The translations under genes and the position numbers were made by a program. From Candidatus Pacearchaeota archaeon (GTDB lineage Archaea; Nanobdellota; Nanobdellia; Pacearchaeales; GW2011-AR1), in assembly GCA_016188825.1 (NCBI GenBank), contig JACPHA010000005.1, forward strand, positions 45 through 64,044: DNA of 64,000 nucleotides. Reading direction: 5' to 3'. Numbering within the stretch: the first letter of the stretch is position 1; the number at the start of each line of letters is the position of its first letter. Of the stretch, positions 1-10,093 are shown one piece after another. The notes under the pieces are model-generated. The model had not been told where the DNA came from. It saw only the letters and a program-made list of their open reading frames with translations, and searched no databases.

Positions 1-125
1 AATTCTACAAGTCTACGCAAGTTTAGCAGGATTTCAGACGCCACGATTCTTTTAGGCTCGGCAATGGATTGCATTTAACTACCTTTCGAGATAATTTTAT
101 ATACTTTATGGGGCTAATTATCTTA

Positions 126-950
126 ATGGAAGAAATAATGAAAAGAGTAGAAATCTCATTAAAGGCTCGAGGGTTAAGCCAGAAAACTGTAAAATCATAC
201 CTTTTTTATATATCAGAATTCATTAGCTATACTAACAAATCAAATAATAACTTTTTAAGAGAGGACATAGAAAAATATCTTGCACATCTGAAAGACAAAA
301 ACTATACCAATATTACTTTGAACATAGCACTTAGCGCCATCAATTTCTTATACGATTTGTTAGGGATAAGGATAAATAAGATAAAACGGCCGAAGAGAGA
401 AAAACATCTTCCTGTTGTTTTATCTAAGGAAGAAGTTGGCCAATTAATTAGCGTTACAAATAATACTAAGCATAAATTAATTTTACAAACAATTTATGGA
501 CTTGGTTTGAGAGTTTCAGAATTGCAAAATTTAAAAAATGAAGATATAGATTTTGATAGGAATCTTGTTCTGATTAAAGATGCTAAATGTAAAAAAGACC
601 GCTACATTTTTTTGCCATTGTCATTAAGAGATAAGCTAAAGAGCCACATTATTCTGAACCAAAACCAGAGATATTTGTTTGAAGGTAGGAATGGAAAAAT
701 AACAATAAAAACAATACAAAAAGTATTTGAAAATGCTCTGAAAAAATCAGGAGTAAAAAAGAAAGCCCATTGTCATACTCTTCGGCACAGTTTTGCAACA
801 CATTTATTGGAAAACGGAGTTGATATAAGAATAATCCAAAAACTTCTTGGGCATACAAAACTTGAAACAACTCAAATTTATACGCATGTTTCAAACTTCC
901 AAATACAAAATATAAAAAGCCCACTAGATAGTTTAGAGGGAAAAAACTAA
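126..950 (+). CDS. xerA: Tyrosine site-specific recombinase, XerA/XerC/XerD family
   Basis: The ORF track (69..950) begins at TTG; in-frame ATGs at 126 and 138 are more plausible starts. The integrase catalytic signature is readable: GLRVSEL (Arg I), HTLRHSFATHLLENG (H-x-x-R), LLGHTKLETTQIYTHV (nucleophile Tyr). N-terminal core-binding region KTVKSYLFYISEF. Confidence 0.9.
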   Translation: MEEIMKRVEISLKARGLSQKTVKSYLFYISEFISYTNKSNNNFLREDIEKYLAHLKDKNYTNITLNIALSAINFLYDLLGIRINKIKRPKREKHLPVVLSKEEVGQLISVTNNTKHKLILQTIYGLGLRVSELQNLKNEDIDFDRNLVLIKDAKCKKDRYIFLPLSLRDKLKSHIILNQNQRYLFEGRNGKITIKTIQKVFENALKKSGVKKKAHCHTLRHSFATHLLENGVDIRIIQKLLGHTKLETTQIYTHVSNFQIQNIKSPLDSLEGKN

Positions 951-951
951 A

Positions 952-3282
952 ATGGCAGTTCAAGACTTTATTCCATTGATGGATGCAAAACAGACAGTTG
1001 AAAAAGAAGTTAAGCAGAAACCGAAATTAACAGAGCTCACGAAGATTGAATCTCCTGGAAGACCTGTTTCTGTTGATTCTTTGATTGATAATAATGGGGA
1101 AGAAAAAGCTGTTAAGAGAAAAGCGAGGAAGAAAACTGAGAGAGTAGAGCCGAGCAAAATTGAAAGAATTGGAAATTACATTTTGATAATAACTGAAAAG
1201 CCTCAGGCAGCTCAGAAAATTGCTTTTGCGCTTGGGAAAACAAAAAAACATTTGGATTCTGGAGTTTCTTATTTTGAGGTTGAGCGCGAGGGCAGGAAAA
1301 TAGTTGTTGCATCTGCTGTAGGGCATTTGTTTAATCTTACCAATGCTCCGGGGCAAAAGGGCTGGCCGATTTTTGAGCTTGAATGGAGGCCGAGCTATGA
1401 AAAGGAGGACACAGGATATACGAAAAAATATTATGACCTTCTAAATAAATTGTCAAAGAGAGCAGGCGACATAATTATTGCTACTGATTATGATGTTGAA
1501 GGAGAGGTTATTGGATGGAATGTTTTGAGATTTATATGCAAGAGAGAAGATGCGAAGAGAATGAAGTTTTCGACTTTGACAAAAAACGAATTGGAAAAAG
1601 CATTTTTGAATCCACTGATAGAGATTGACTGGAGACAGGCGTATGCTGGAGAGGCAAGGCACATAATGGACTGGCTTTACGGCATTAATTTATCTAGGGC
1701 ACTAATGTCTGCGATAAAAACAACAGGCTCTTTTAAGATTCTTTCAATTGGGAGAGTTCAAGGCCCCGCTTTGAAAGTTATTGTTGAGAGAGAAAGGGAA
1801 ATAGAAAATTTCAAGCCAGAGCCATACTGGCAGGTTTTTGCAGTTATTGACGGATTTGATTTCAAACACAGTAAGGACATATTTGAGAAAGAATTACTTG
1901 AGAAATTTAAGGATATAAAATCAGGAATTGCAGAAACAAAAGAGGAAGATGAAAAAATAATTCCTCCGCATCCCTTTGATTTAACAACGCTGCAGAGAGA
2001 GATTTATAGAGTTTATGGCATTAGTCCTTCTCAAGCTTTACAGGTAGCCCAGAGCCTGTATTTGGCTGGCTTGATTTCTTATCCTAGAACCTCATCTCAA
2101 AAAATTCCTGTTTCAATCAACGCAAAAAAGATTTTGAAAGAATTGGAGAAAAATTATCCTGAAGCAAAAGAAGTTGTTAGAGAGAAACCAGTTGAGGGAG
2201 AAAAGTCAGATCCTGCGCATCCTTCTATTTATCCAACTGGAGAATTTAAGAGGCTCAAAGAAAATGAGAAGAAGATTTATGAGCTGATTGTCAAAAGATT
2301 TATTGGAGTTTTTTCTGACGATGCGCTTGTTAAAAATAAGAACGTAAAGATAATTGCAGACAAAAAAGAAAAAGGAGAGGAAATAAAATTTACTGCAAAT
2401 GGATTGAAAATAATTAAGAAAGGTTGGACAAAGGTTTATCCTGCAACACTTGAGGAGAAAGATGTTCCAACTTTGAATGGTCCTGTTAAAATAGATGAAA
2501 TAAAAAATGAGGAGAAAGAAACGCAACCGCCTAAAAGATACACCCCAACATCGCTAATCACGTTGCTTGAAAAGAAAAATTTAGGGACAAAGACAACTAG
2601 GTCAATGATAGTTGATACTTTGTTTGAGCGCGGCTATCTTGAAGGAAGGAGCATTAAGGCAACCCCCTTAGGGATGAAACTTATTGAATCTTTGGAGAAA
2701 CATTCTCCGATAATTATTGATGAGAATTTAACAAAAGAATTTGAAGAAGAGATGAATGAAATAGAAGAGAGCGCCGGTGAGAAGGAGGAAAACATAAGAG
2801 AGACGCTTGATAAAAAAGAGAAAGAAATTTTAAACAGAGCAAAGAGAGTTATAACCGATATTTCAAAGGAATTTAGGGCAAAAGAAATTGAGATAGGAAA
2901 GGATATTTTGAAAGGCATTGAGGGTTTGCGGGAGGAGCAAGTTCAGAATAATACCCTAAGGGAATGTCCGAACTGCAAAAAAGGAAATTTGAGAATTATG
3001 TATTCAAGGAAGATAAACAGGTATTTTGTTGCTTGCTCAAATTATCCGGAATGTAAGCACACTTATTCTTTGCCTCCAAATGCGCTGATAAAAAAAGCAG
3101 AGAAGAATTGTGAATCGTGTTTGTGGCCCAAATTATTATCAATAAAAAAGGCTAAAAGACCTTGGGAATTTTGCTTTAATCCCGATTGCGAGATTAACAA
3201 GAAGAGATTGGAGGAGTGGAGAGCAAGGAAAGAATTCGAGAAGAAGACAAATAACGAATCAACTAAGGGCGTTCTGGAATAA
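952..3282 (+). CDS. topA: DNA topoisomerase I (type IA) with C-terminal zinc ribbons
   Basis: 776 aa. Toprim acidic cluster IIATDYDVEGE and type IA active-site region LISYPRTSSQ. C-terminal Cys clusters CPNCKKGNL...CSNYPECKH and CESCLWP...CFNPDC. A ~75 aa Lys-rich N-terminal extension precedes the Toprim fold. The ATG lies 1 nt after the xerA stop. Confidence 0.92.
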   Translation: MAVQDFIPLMDAKQTVEKEVKQKPKLTELTKIESPGRPVSVDSLIDNNGEEKAVKRKARKKTERVEPSKIERIGNYILIITEKPQAAQKIAFALGKTKKHLDSGVSYFEVEREGRKIVVASAVGHLFNLTNAPGQKGWPIFELEWRPSYEKEDTGYTKKYYDLLNKLSKRAGDIIIATDYDVEGEVIGWNVLRFICKREDAKRMKFSTLTKNELEKAFLNPLIEIDWRQAYAGEARHIMDWLYGINLSRALMSAIKTTGSFKILSIGRVQGPALKVIVEREREIENFKPEPYWQVFAVIDGFDFKHSKDIFEKELLEKFKDIKSGIAETKEEDEKIIPPHPFDLTTLQREIYRVYGISPSQALQVAQSLYLAGLISYPRTSSQKIPVSINAKKILKELEKNYPEAKEVVREKPVEGEKSDPAHPSIYPTGEFKRLKENEKKIYELIVKRFIGVFSDDALVKNKNVKIIADKKEKGEEIKFTANGLKIIKKGWTKVYPATLEEKDVPTLNGPVKIDEIKNEEKETQPPKRYTPTSLITLLEKKNLGTKTTRSMIVDTLFERGYLEGRSIKATPLGMKLIESLEKHSPIIIDENLTKEFEEEMNEIEESAGEKEENIRETLDKKEKEILNRAKRVITDISKEFRAKEIEIGKDILKGIEGLREEQVQNNTLRECPNCKKGNLRIMYSRKINRYFVACSNYPECKHTYSLPPNALIKKAEKNCESCLWPKLLSIKKAKRPWEFCFNPDCEINKKRLEEWRARKEFEKKTNNESTKGVLE

Positions 3283-4291
3283 ACCCCAGGTTTTTCTTTC
3301 GTATTCTGGCGCTTATCTCATCTTCTATTTCTTCGTACATATTTTCTATTCTTTCTATCAGAATAGTCATTTCCTCATATGTTTCTTTTTGATGATCTTC
3401 GTCATTCTCTGGTTTTTTACCAATTACTGCAAATATTCCGATAATATTCTCTCTTAATGGCGTTTTTGGTGCACATCCTTGAACAACTAATGTATTATCA
3501 CCAAAATTCAATTCATAACTTTTTTCTGATTCTTCTCTTTCTGAAATAGCATTTGTTAATTCTTCTATTCTTGTTGAAGACAAGCCAATTAATTGTTCAA
3601 TTCCTCTAGAATACCTAGTTGATTTTTCTGCCAAATTAATGAGAACCACGGCATATTTTTTTTCGCTATTTGATTCTTCTTCTATTAAATCAAAAACTCT
3701 ATTATTATATGAAGAAAACAGAGAGTCTATTGTTATCTTTAAATCATCTCTTTCTTGGCGAATATTTTCAAGCTCTTGTTGCAATTCTCTGCTTTCTTTT
3801 ATTATCGAATTGTAAGCTTCTGCTTCTGCTTCTTTAATCAACTCAGAGGGCAATTCTCCTTCTCCCATACGGAAAAGTAGCGCCCGAGCCACAATTCCTT
3901 TTCTATCTCTTGATAGATATTCATTCTGTTCTAAAAGTTTATCATACCTCTCGTTTAATTCGGTATATTCTCCAGTTTTATCTTTAATCTTACTTTCTAA
4001 TTCATTAATTCTTGTAATAAGAATGCCTTCTTCAGATTTATTAAATTGGCCACTTCCAGATGCTATTTCTTCTAGTCCCCTTTTCGATTCTTCCAGTTTT
4101 CTTTTTAATTTTTCATTTTCGTCTGTTAATTTTTTTATATCTTTCATCAACTCTATCTCTTTAGTATTGCTTCCTTCTTCATAGGGGTATGTTTTTTTTA
4201 GTAATTCATCTAGTAGTTTTCTGGACAATCTATTTATGTTCCATATGCGATATTTTTCTATCCACCTAGTTATTCTTTCTCTAATTCCCAT
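3263..4291 (-). CDS. Hypothetical coiled-coil protein
   Basis: 342 aa ORF, Glu/Lys/Leu-rich and heptad-like over most of its length, with no catalytic motif recognised. Its 3' end overlaps the topA 3' end by 20 nt (convergent). Confidence 0.5.
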   Translation of the reverse strand: MGIRERITRWIEKYRIWNINRLSRKLLDELLKKTYPYEEGSNTKEIELMKDIKKLTDENEKLKRKLEESKRGLEEIASGSGQFNKSEEGILITRINELESKIKDKTGEYTELNERYDKLLEQNEYLSRDRKGIVARALLFRMGEGELPSELIKEAEAEAYNSIIKESRELQQELENIRQERDDLKITIDSLFSSYNNRVFDLIEEESNSEKKYAVVLINLAEKSTRYSRGIEQLIGLSSTRIEELTNAISEREESEKSYELNFGDNTLVVQGCAPKTPLRENIIGIFAVIGKKPENDEDHQKETYEEMTILIERIENMYEEIEDEISARIRKKNLGFIPERP

Positions 4292-4365
4292 AATTTGACA
4301 GAATAGAATTGGCTTATAAATATTGTTGGAGTAAGGTTTAAAAATGAATTTTCACAGAAAATACA

Positions 4366-4941
4366 ATGGCACGAGGAATGTATCATTATTTAAGAGAAGC
4401 ATGGAAAAAACCATCTAGAGAGATTCTTCATGGGAGAATGATTGAATGGAGAGCTAGTGATGCTATTACAAGGGTTGAAAAGCCCTTGAGGCTTGACAAA
4501 GCAAGAGCATTGGGGTATAAAGCAAAAAAGGGATTTGTTGTTTTGAGAGTCAGATTGATGCGGGGAGGAAGAAAAAGAGAAAGGGCTGGAGTCAAGGGAA
4601 GAAAATCAAGAAAGCAGACGATAAGGAAAACATTGAAAATGAGTTATCAATGGGTTGCTGAAATAAGAGCAGCAAGAAAATATAAAAATTTAGAGGTTTT
4701 AAATTCGTACCCTATTGGAAAAGATGGGAAGCATTATTTCTTTGAAGTAATCATGGTTGACCCAAACAGACCGGAAATAAAAAATGATCGGACGATGAAA
4801 TGGATTTCTGACAGCGCGAACAGGAAAAGAGCAGAGAGAGGATTGACAAGCGCAGCTAAAAAGTCAAGAGGATTGAGAAAGAAAAGCCACGAGATGAAGG
4901 TAAGGCCGAGTTTGAGGTCCTGGAAGAGAAGAGGGAAATAG
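4366..4941 (+). CDS. rpl15e: 50S ribosomal protein L15e
   Basis: 191 aa. The N-terminus MARGMYHYLREAWKKP and the very basic composition are the L15e signature (an archaea/eukaryote-specific ribosomal protein). Confidence 0.95.
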   Translation: MARGMYHYLREAWKKPSREILHGRMIEWRASDAITRVEKPLRLDKARALGYKAKKGFVVLRVRLMRGGRKRERAGVKGRKSRKQTIRKTLKMSYQWVAEIRAARKYKNLEVLNSYPIGKDGKHYFFEVIMVDPNRPEIKNDRTMKWISDSANRKRAERGLTSAAKKSRGLRKKSHEMKVRPSLRSWKRRGK

Positions 4942-4973
4942 TTTTTAGTTAGTTTTTTATATCCTACCAATTT

Positions 4974-6425
4974 ATGGTTTTCATGAAAAGCAAAAATACA
5001 TTTTATGTCACAACACCCATATACTATCCTAATGATGTTCCACATATTGGGCATGCTTATACGACACTGGCGGCAGATATTTTGGCTAGATGGCACAAAC
5101 TTCTTGAAAAAGAGGTTTTCTTTTTAACGGGCACCGATGAGCACGGCAAGAAGATTGAGACCGTTGCGAAAAAATCTGGAAAAACCGCGAAAGAATTTGT
5201 TGATTCTTTGGTTCCCGAATTCAAAAAAGCATGGAAAAAATTAAACATTGATTATGATAGTTTTATCAGGACAACTGATAAGGACCATGAAAAAGTTGTG
5301 CAGAAAATTTTATCCATTGTTAATAAAAAAGGGGATATTTATAAAGGATTTTACGAAGGCTATTATTGTACGGAATGTGAAGCATATTACACAGAAAAAG
5401 ATTTAGTTGAGCTTTGTTGCCCGGTACACAAAACAAGAATTGAAAAGTTAAAAGAGGAATCTTATTTTTTTAGATTGTCCAAATATCAAAACAAATTGCT
5501 TGAGTTTTATAAAAAAAACCAAGATTTTATCTCTCCGGAATATAGAAGGCAGGAAATAATTAACAGAGTTAAAGAAGACTTGCAGGATTTGTCGATTTCA
5601 AGAACTTCTTTCACTTGGGGAATTCCATTGCCTTTTGACAAAAAACATGTTTGCTATGTCTGGTTTGACGCATTAACAAATTATTATAGCGCGACAAGAG
5701 AAAAAGGAAAGGAAAAATTCTGGCCGGCGGATGTTCATCTGATTGGAAAGGATATTTTATGGTTTCATTCTGTGATTTGGCCGGCAATCTTGTTTTCTGC
5801 TGGAATAGAACAACCGAAAAAAGTATTTGCTCATGGGTGGTGGACATTTAACAAAGAAAAAATTTCGAAATCTAGGGGGAAGATAATAAATGTCGAAGAG
5901 CTAATTACTATTGCAGGAGTTGATTCTGCAAGATATTTTTTATTTCGTGAAACTCCTTTTGGCGAGGACGGAGATTTTTCTGAAAATGCATTAAAAGACA
6001 GGCACAACAATGAACTTGCAAATAAGCTTGGGAATTTGGTTTTGAGGGTTTCCACTTTGATTGATAAATACGGATTAGAAAAAACAACAATAAGAAATTT
6101 GGATTCAAAAAAATTATTTGAAAGAGTTCAAAAAGGTTTTGAAAATTTGGAGTTTGACAAGGTTTTGAATGAAATTTTTGCTTTTGTTGATTTGTGCAAT
6201 GAGTTTATTCAGGATAAAAAACCTTGGGAGACAAGGGACAAGAGGGTTTTATATGAACTGGCTAATGCGATAAAGAATTTTTCTATTTTGTTAAACCCTT
6301 TTATGCCTGAAACTTGCGAAAAAATATCAAAAACATTTAATTTTGATTTTACATTGAAGGAGCTTAAAAAAGAATTTAAAATAGGGAAAATAAAAAAGGC
6401 AGAGGTTTTGTTTAGGAAGGTTTGA
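4974..6425 (+). CDS. metG: Methionine--tRNA ligase (core enzyme, no C-terminal appendix)
   Basis: Class I signatures PHIGHAYT (HIGH) and KISKSRG (KMSKS). Cys knuckle CTECEAYY...CCPVHK. 483 aa. Confidence 0.95.
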   Translation: MVFMKSKNTFYVTTPIYYPNDVPHIGHAYTTLAADILARWHKLLEKEVFFLTGTDEHGKKIETVAKKSGKTAKEFVDSLVPEFKKAWKKLNIDYDSFIRTTDKDHEKVVQKILSIVNKKGDIYKGFYEGYYCTECEAYYTEKDLVELCCPVHKTRIEKLKEESYFFRLSKYQNKLLEFYKKNQDFISPEYRRQEIINRVKEDLQDLSISRTSFTWGIPLPFDKKHVCYVWFDALTNYYSATREKGKEKFWPADVHLIGKDILWFHSVIWPAILFSAGIEQPKKVFAHGWWTFNKEKISKSRGKIINVEELITIAGVDSARYFLFRETPFGEDGDFSENALKDRHNNELANKLGNLVLRVSTLIDKYGLEKTTIRNLDSKKLFERVQKGFENLEFDKVLNEIFAFVDLCNEFIQDKKPWETRDKRVLYELANAIKNFSILLNPFMPETCEKISKTFNFDFTLKELKKEFKIGKIKKAEVLFRKV

Positions 6426-6931
6426 TGATGGTAAATAAGAATATAAGAAAAGACAAATATGTGATAATGTGTCCGAAATGTAATAGCACGGATGTTCAAA
6501 CAGATTTTTCTAATCCTGCAATGGTAGAATCTGGAATGTTTATTAATTCTAGAGTTTGCAATAATTGCGGTTATAGAGGCGACTTTTTTCCGAAGGCGGT
6601 AAAGGATAGAATACCTAAATTGAAAAATTTAAAACATATAGGAAAAAGAGAATTGGTTAATCCTAAGTATTACTCAAATGTCATCTGGTTATTTAGAATT
6701 ATTGGACCGATAGCAGCGATAGTCTCGCTTTTGTTTATATTATTTGGAAATAGTTCTCTGTTTATTCTTGGTTTAATTTCTATTCTTCCTTTTTCACTCG
6801 CAGCAATTATTTTATCATACAAAAACGATTGGACAAAAAAACATAAATTGATTAAAGCAATTATAGGGTTTATACTTGTTTATTCTTGCGCAATTGCTAC
6901 TTTTTTAGCATATTACTTTATTTATAGATAG
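6425..6931 (+). CDS. Zinc-ribbon membrane protein, unknown function
   Basis: The ATG at 6425 overlaps the metG TGA (TGATG). An N-terminal CPKC...CNNC ribbon is followed by hydrophobic helices. Confidence 0.5.
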   Translation: MMVNKNIRKDKYVIMCPKCNSTDVQTDFSNPAMVESGMFINSRVCNNCGYRGDFFPKAVKDRIPKLKNLKHIGKRELVNPKYYSNVIWLFRIIGPIAAIVSLLFILFGNSSLFILGLISILPFSLAAIILSYKNDWTKKHKLIKAIIGFILVYSCAIATFLAYYFIYR

Positions 6932-6939
6932 TGCGGAGT

Positions 6940-7734
6940 TTACAATATCCCTAAAATCAACAAAACCCCAATAATAACTCCAAGAGTAAGGGCATAAATC
7001 CCAAACCAAATTAGGTTTTTCTTTTTTGTTAATATGTATTTCAGAAGAATATGGATCATTATTAAGCCGACAAATAAAGAAACCAGACTCGCCCAAATCA
7101 TATTGGCTGGGATTTTATTATTTCCAATAACAAGAATGTTTGCTCCGAAAATAATTGGAATTGACATTAAGAAAGAAAATTTGACTGCGTTTTTTTCATT
7201 CAGACCGAGCAAGATTGCAGAAGCAATTGTTGTTCCGCTTCTTGATATTCCCGGGAAGATTGCAATTGTTTGAGCTATTCCGATTAAAAGAGCATCTTTC
7301 CATGTGAGATTTGTGAGGGATTTTTTTGAGCTTGTTTTTGTTATTGCAGTAATTAGCAAGAGCAAACCAGTAATGCCGAAACCCAGAGCAATTGCTGTTA
7401 ATTGCGAGAATGAAAATTCAAAAAAATCTTTGAATAAAAATCCGATTATTGCTGCGGGAATTGTGGCGATTATTAGCAATAGACCTATATGACCATTTTC
7501 ATTTTGCCATTTTCCTCCTAATAAATCTCTTATAATGTTTACAATATCAGAGCCAAAGTAGACAAAGGCCGCCATTAAGGTTCCGAAATGCAGAGCGACG
7601 TCGAGAGTTAGACCACCTTTAAAATTGAGAAGTTTTTCTGTCAAGACCAAATGCCCTGAACTGGAAACAGGAAGCCATTCAGTTATTCCCTGAACAACAG
7701 CCATGAGCAAAGATTCAATCAGATGATTTGTCAT
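6940..7734 (-). CDS. uppP: Undecaprenyl-diphosphate phosphatase (BacA/UppP)
   Basis: 264 aa polytopic membrane protein with UppP motifs EWLPVSSSGHL and PGISRSGTT. Confidence 0.9.
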   Translation of the reverse strand: MTNHLIESLLMAVVQGITEWLPVSSSGHLVLTEKLLNFKGGLTLDVALHFGTLMAAFVYFGSDIVNIIRDLLGGKWQNENGHIGLLLIIATIPAAIIGFLFKDFFEFSFSQLTAIALGFGITGLLLLITAITKTSSKKSLTNLTWKDALLIGIAQTIAIFPGISRSGTTIASAILLGLNEKNAVKFSFLMSIPIIFGANILVIGNNKIPANMIWASLVSLFVGLIMIHILLKYILTKKKNLIWFGIYALTLGVIIGVLLILGIL

Positions 7735-7894
7735 TTATTTTTTTAAATCAAGAGGCTTATAAAGTTAATTGAGAATTCTAGAAAAGTTCTTGATGTAATC
7801 CAATGACAAAACAAGGAGAAATTAATATCGCTGGCTATAATGAAGAGTATAAAAACCCATTATAGAAAATCATAAATAAAAGAAAAAAATAAAT

Positions 7895-8131
7895 TTATTC
7901 GAATTCGTAGGAGATTTCGTCGTCAACTTCCAATTCATTTTCATATTCAAACTTGCTTTCCCACTCTTTTACGAATTTTTGTCTGCAATGCCAGCACAAA
8001 AATTGGTTTAAATTTTTGTTGTAGTTTGTTATAATTTCTGCTTGGTCTTCTTTTTGCAGTTCATACCAGAGGTCAAACACGGCATTGCATCTTTTACACC
8101 TTACCGGCAAAATATACATTTCTTGCACCAT
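7895..8131 (-). CDS. Small zinc-ribbon protein
   Basis: 78 aa with CxxC...CxxC (RCKRCN ... CWHCRQ) and an acidic C-terminus. Confidence 0.4.
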   Translation of the reverse strand: MVQEMYILPVRCKRCNAVFDLWYELQKEDQAEIITNYNKNLNQFLCWHCRQKFVKEWESKFEYENELEVDDEISYEFE

Positions 8132-8363
8132 GCCCTATAAAGAGCGCTTTTCTTTATATATATTCAAGTCGCACAAAAAGATATTTCAGAGGGCAACAGA
8201 ATTTATATATCAGATACCTCTAGAGTTACAAATAGTAACTTGGAAAAAATGAAGAAAAATTTTTAAACTGATTTACTGGGAAAAGACGAAAAATTATCGG
8301 GTGTTTATCCATTTATTTGCGTTGCCCAACAAAATTTAATAACTTTGTTTTTATTATATTTTT

Positions 8364-9806
8364 ATGGATTATCAGAAAATTGGTTTGAAAGCGGGGCTTG
8401 AAATTCATCAACAGCTTGATGCAGGGAAACTGTTTTGTCATTGTCCTTCTTACTTGAGACGGGACGAGCCCGATTTTATTGTTAGGAGGAAATTGCACAA
8501 GGTTGCCGGAGAAACTGGAGAGATTGATACGGCAGTTGAATACGAGGCTTCGTTGGGAAAAGAGTTTGAATATCAGGGATATAATGATACAACTTGTTTG
8601 GTTGAGCTTGATGAATGTCCTCCTTATGAGATTAATGAAATTGCTTTGAATGAAGCAATAAAAATTGCCTTGCTTTTAAACTGTGAAATTTATCCAATAA
8701 CGCAAATTATGAGGAAGACAGTTATCGACGGGAGCAATACAAGCGGGTTTCAGAGAACTGTTTTGATTGCACACAAGGGATTTGTTGAAACAGGCTTTGG
8801 CAAAGTTGAAATCGACAGTGTTTGTTTGGAGGAAGATGCTGCGAGGATAATTTTAAAGAATGACAAGAAAGTTGTATACAGGCTTGACAGGCTGGGAATT
8901 CCTTTGATAGAGATTGCTACTGCCCCAGTGATTTATCGACCGGAGCAGGTTAAGGAGTGTGCTTTGAAAATCGGAGAAATTTTAAGAGCTTGTAAAGTTA
9001 AGAGAGGAATTGGGACGATAAGGCAGGACATTAACATGAGCATCAAGGGGCATGACAGGGTCGAGATTAAGGGTTTTCAAGAACCGAACATGATGGTTAA
9101 GGCAATCCAGCTTGAGATTGAAAGGCAATTGAGTGAAATTAGGGAGGGGAAGAAAGAAGGGGAAGTAAGGAATGCTTTTGCTGATGGTAAAACACAATTT
9201 TTAAGACCTTTGCCAGGAAGAGCAAGAATGTATCCTGAAACAGATCTGCCTTTGTTGAAAATTTCAAAAGAGAGAATTGATAAAATTAAGAAAACACTTC
9301 CGAGATTAAAGTCTGAAATAAGAGATGAATTGAAAAAAATTGGTTTAGGAGAGGAATTAATTAATCTTGTTTTGGAAGGTAATTTGGACGAGTTTAAAAC
9401 TTTGATGAATGTTTATAGTAAAGATGCAAATTTAGTAGCTAAAATGATTTCTTTATGGAGGAGCGAGCTGGCCAGTAAATTGAAAAAAGAGTTTGACGAA
9501 ATCAGGGATATTTTAGATGAGGGTGTTTTGGAAAAGATTTTGGAGGCATTAAGGGAAAAGAAAATTTCAGAGGGAGATGTTAAGGAAATTATGCTGAAAG
9601 TTGCCAATGGAGAGAAAATTGAAAATGCCTTGAGGATTGAAAAAATTTCGCATGATGCCTTGGAAGAAGAAATAGCGAAATTGGTAAAGGAAAAGCCAGG
9701 ATTGACTTTGAATGGGTATATGGGTCTTTTGATGGCAAAACATAAGGGGAAAATTGATGCTAAAAAAGCTATGGAGATTTTGAGGAAAATTTTGGAGGGG
9801 AAATGA
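8364..9806 (+). CDS. gatE: Glutamyl-tRNA(Gln) amidotransferase subunit E, short form
   Basis: MDYQKIGLKAGLEIHQQLD..KLFCHCP, TCLVELDECPP, RKTVIDGSNTSGFQRT and RPLPGRARMYPETDLP fit the archaea-specific GatE, not GatB (no CPVCLG or YFYPDLPKGYQ motifs). At 480 aa, the AspRS-like insertion domain of canonical ~620 aa GatE appears to be missing. Confidence 0.8.
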   Translation: MDYQKIGLKAGLEIHQQLDAGKLFCHCPSYLRRDEPDFIVRRKLHKVAGETGEIDTAVEYEASLGKEFEYQGYNDTTCLVELDECPPYEINEIALNEAIKIALLLNCEIYPITQIMRKTVIDGSNTSGFQRTVLIAHKGFVETGFGKVEIDSVCLEEDAARIILKNDKKVVYRLDRLGIPLIEIATAPVIYRPEQVKECALKIGEILRACKVKRGIGTIRQDINMSIKGHDRVEIKGFQEPNMMVKAIQLEIERQLSEIREGKKEGEVRNAFADGKTQFLRPLPGRARMYPETDLPLLKISKERIDKIKKTLPRLKSEIRDELKKIGLGEELINLVLEGNLDEFKTLMNVYSKDANLVAKMISLWRSELASKLKKEFDEIRDILDEGVLEKILEALREKKISEGDVKEIMLKVANGEKIENALRIEKISHDALEEEIAKLVKEKPGLTLNGYMGLLMAKHKGKIDAKKAMEILRKILEGK

Positions 9807-10093
9807 AAAGAAAAAATTTTTTCCTGTTGCTATTAATTTTTGCATTTGGGCTAGCAGGCGGCTTTTTTTTAAACAAATTCTTCATTATTGGCCTTGCCAC
9901 ATTATACGGCCAAGAAACTGAAAGAACCCACACATACACAAAAGCAGTCTGCAACGAAAAAAATGAATGCATGGATTTTTTAATTAAATGTGTTAATGGG
10001 GAATTAGATAGCATGGAATCGATTTCTGAAGTTATTAAATTCAGCCCCGAATGGGAAGATCCTCGAGAGGAAAAAGAGAAGTTTTGTGATTAA
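9803..10093 (+). CDS. Small membrane-anchored Cys-containing protein
   Basis: 96 aa with an N-terminal hydrophobic helix and 4 Cys. ATGA overlap with the gatE stop. Confidence 0.4.
   Translation: MKRKNFFLLLLIFAFGLAGGFFLNKFFIIGLATLYGQETERTHTYTKAVCNEKNECMDFLIKCVNGELDSMESISEVIKFSPEWEDPREEKEKFCD

Noticed and set aside
649-1356. Minus-strand ORFs overlapping xerA and topA (649..963, 960..1157, 1027..1356, 1112..1312).
   Set aside because: They are nested antisense to two genes with unambiguous catalytic motifs, and are short and low-complexity.
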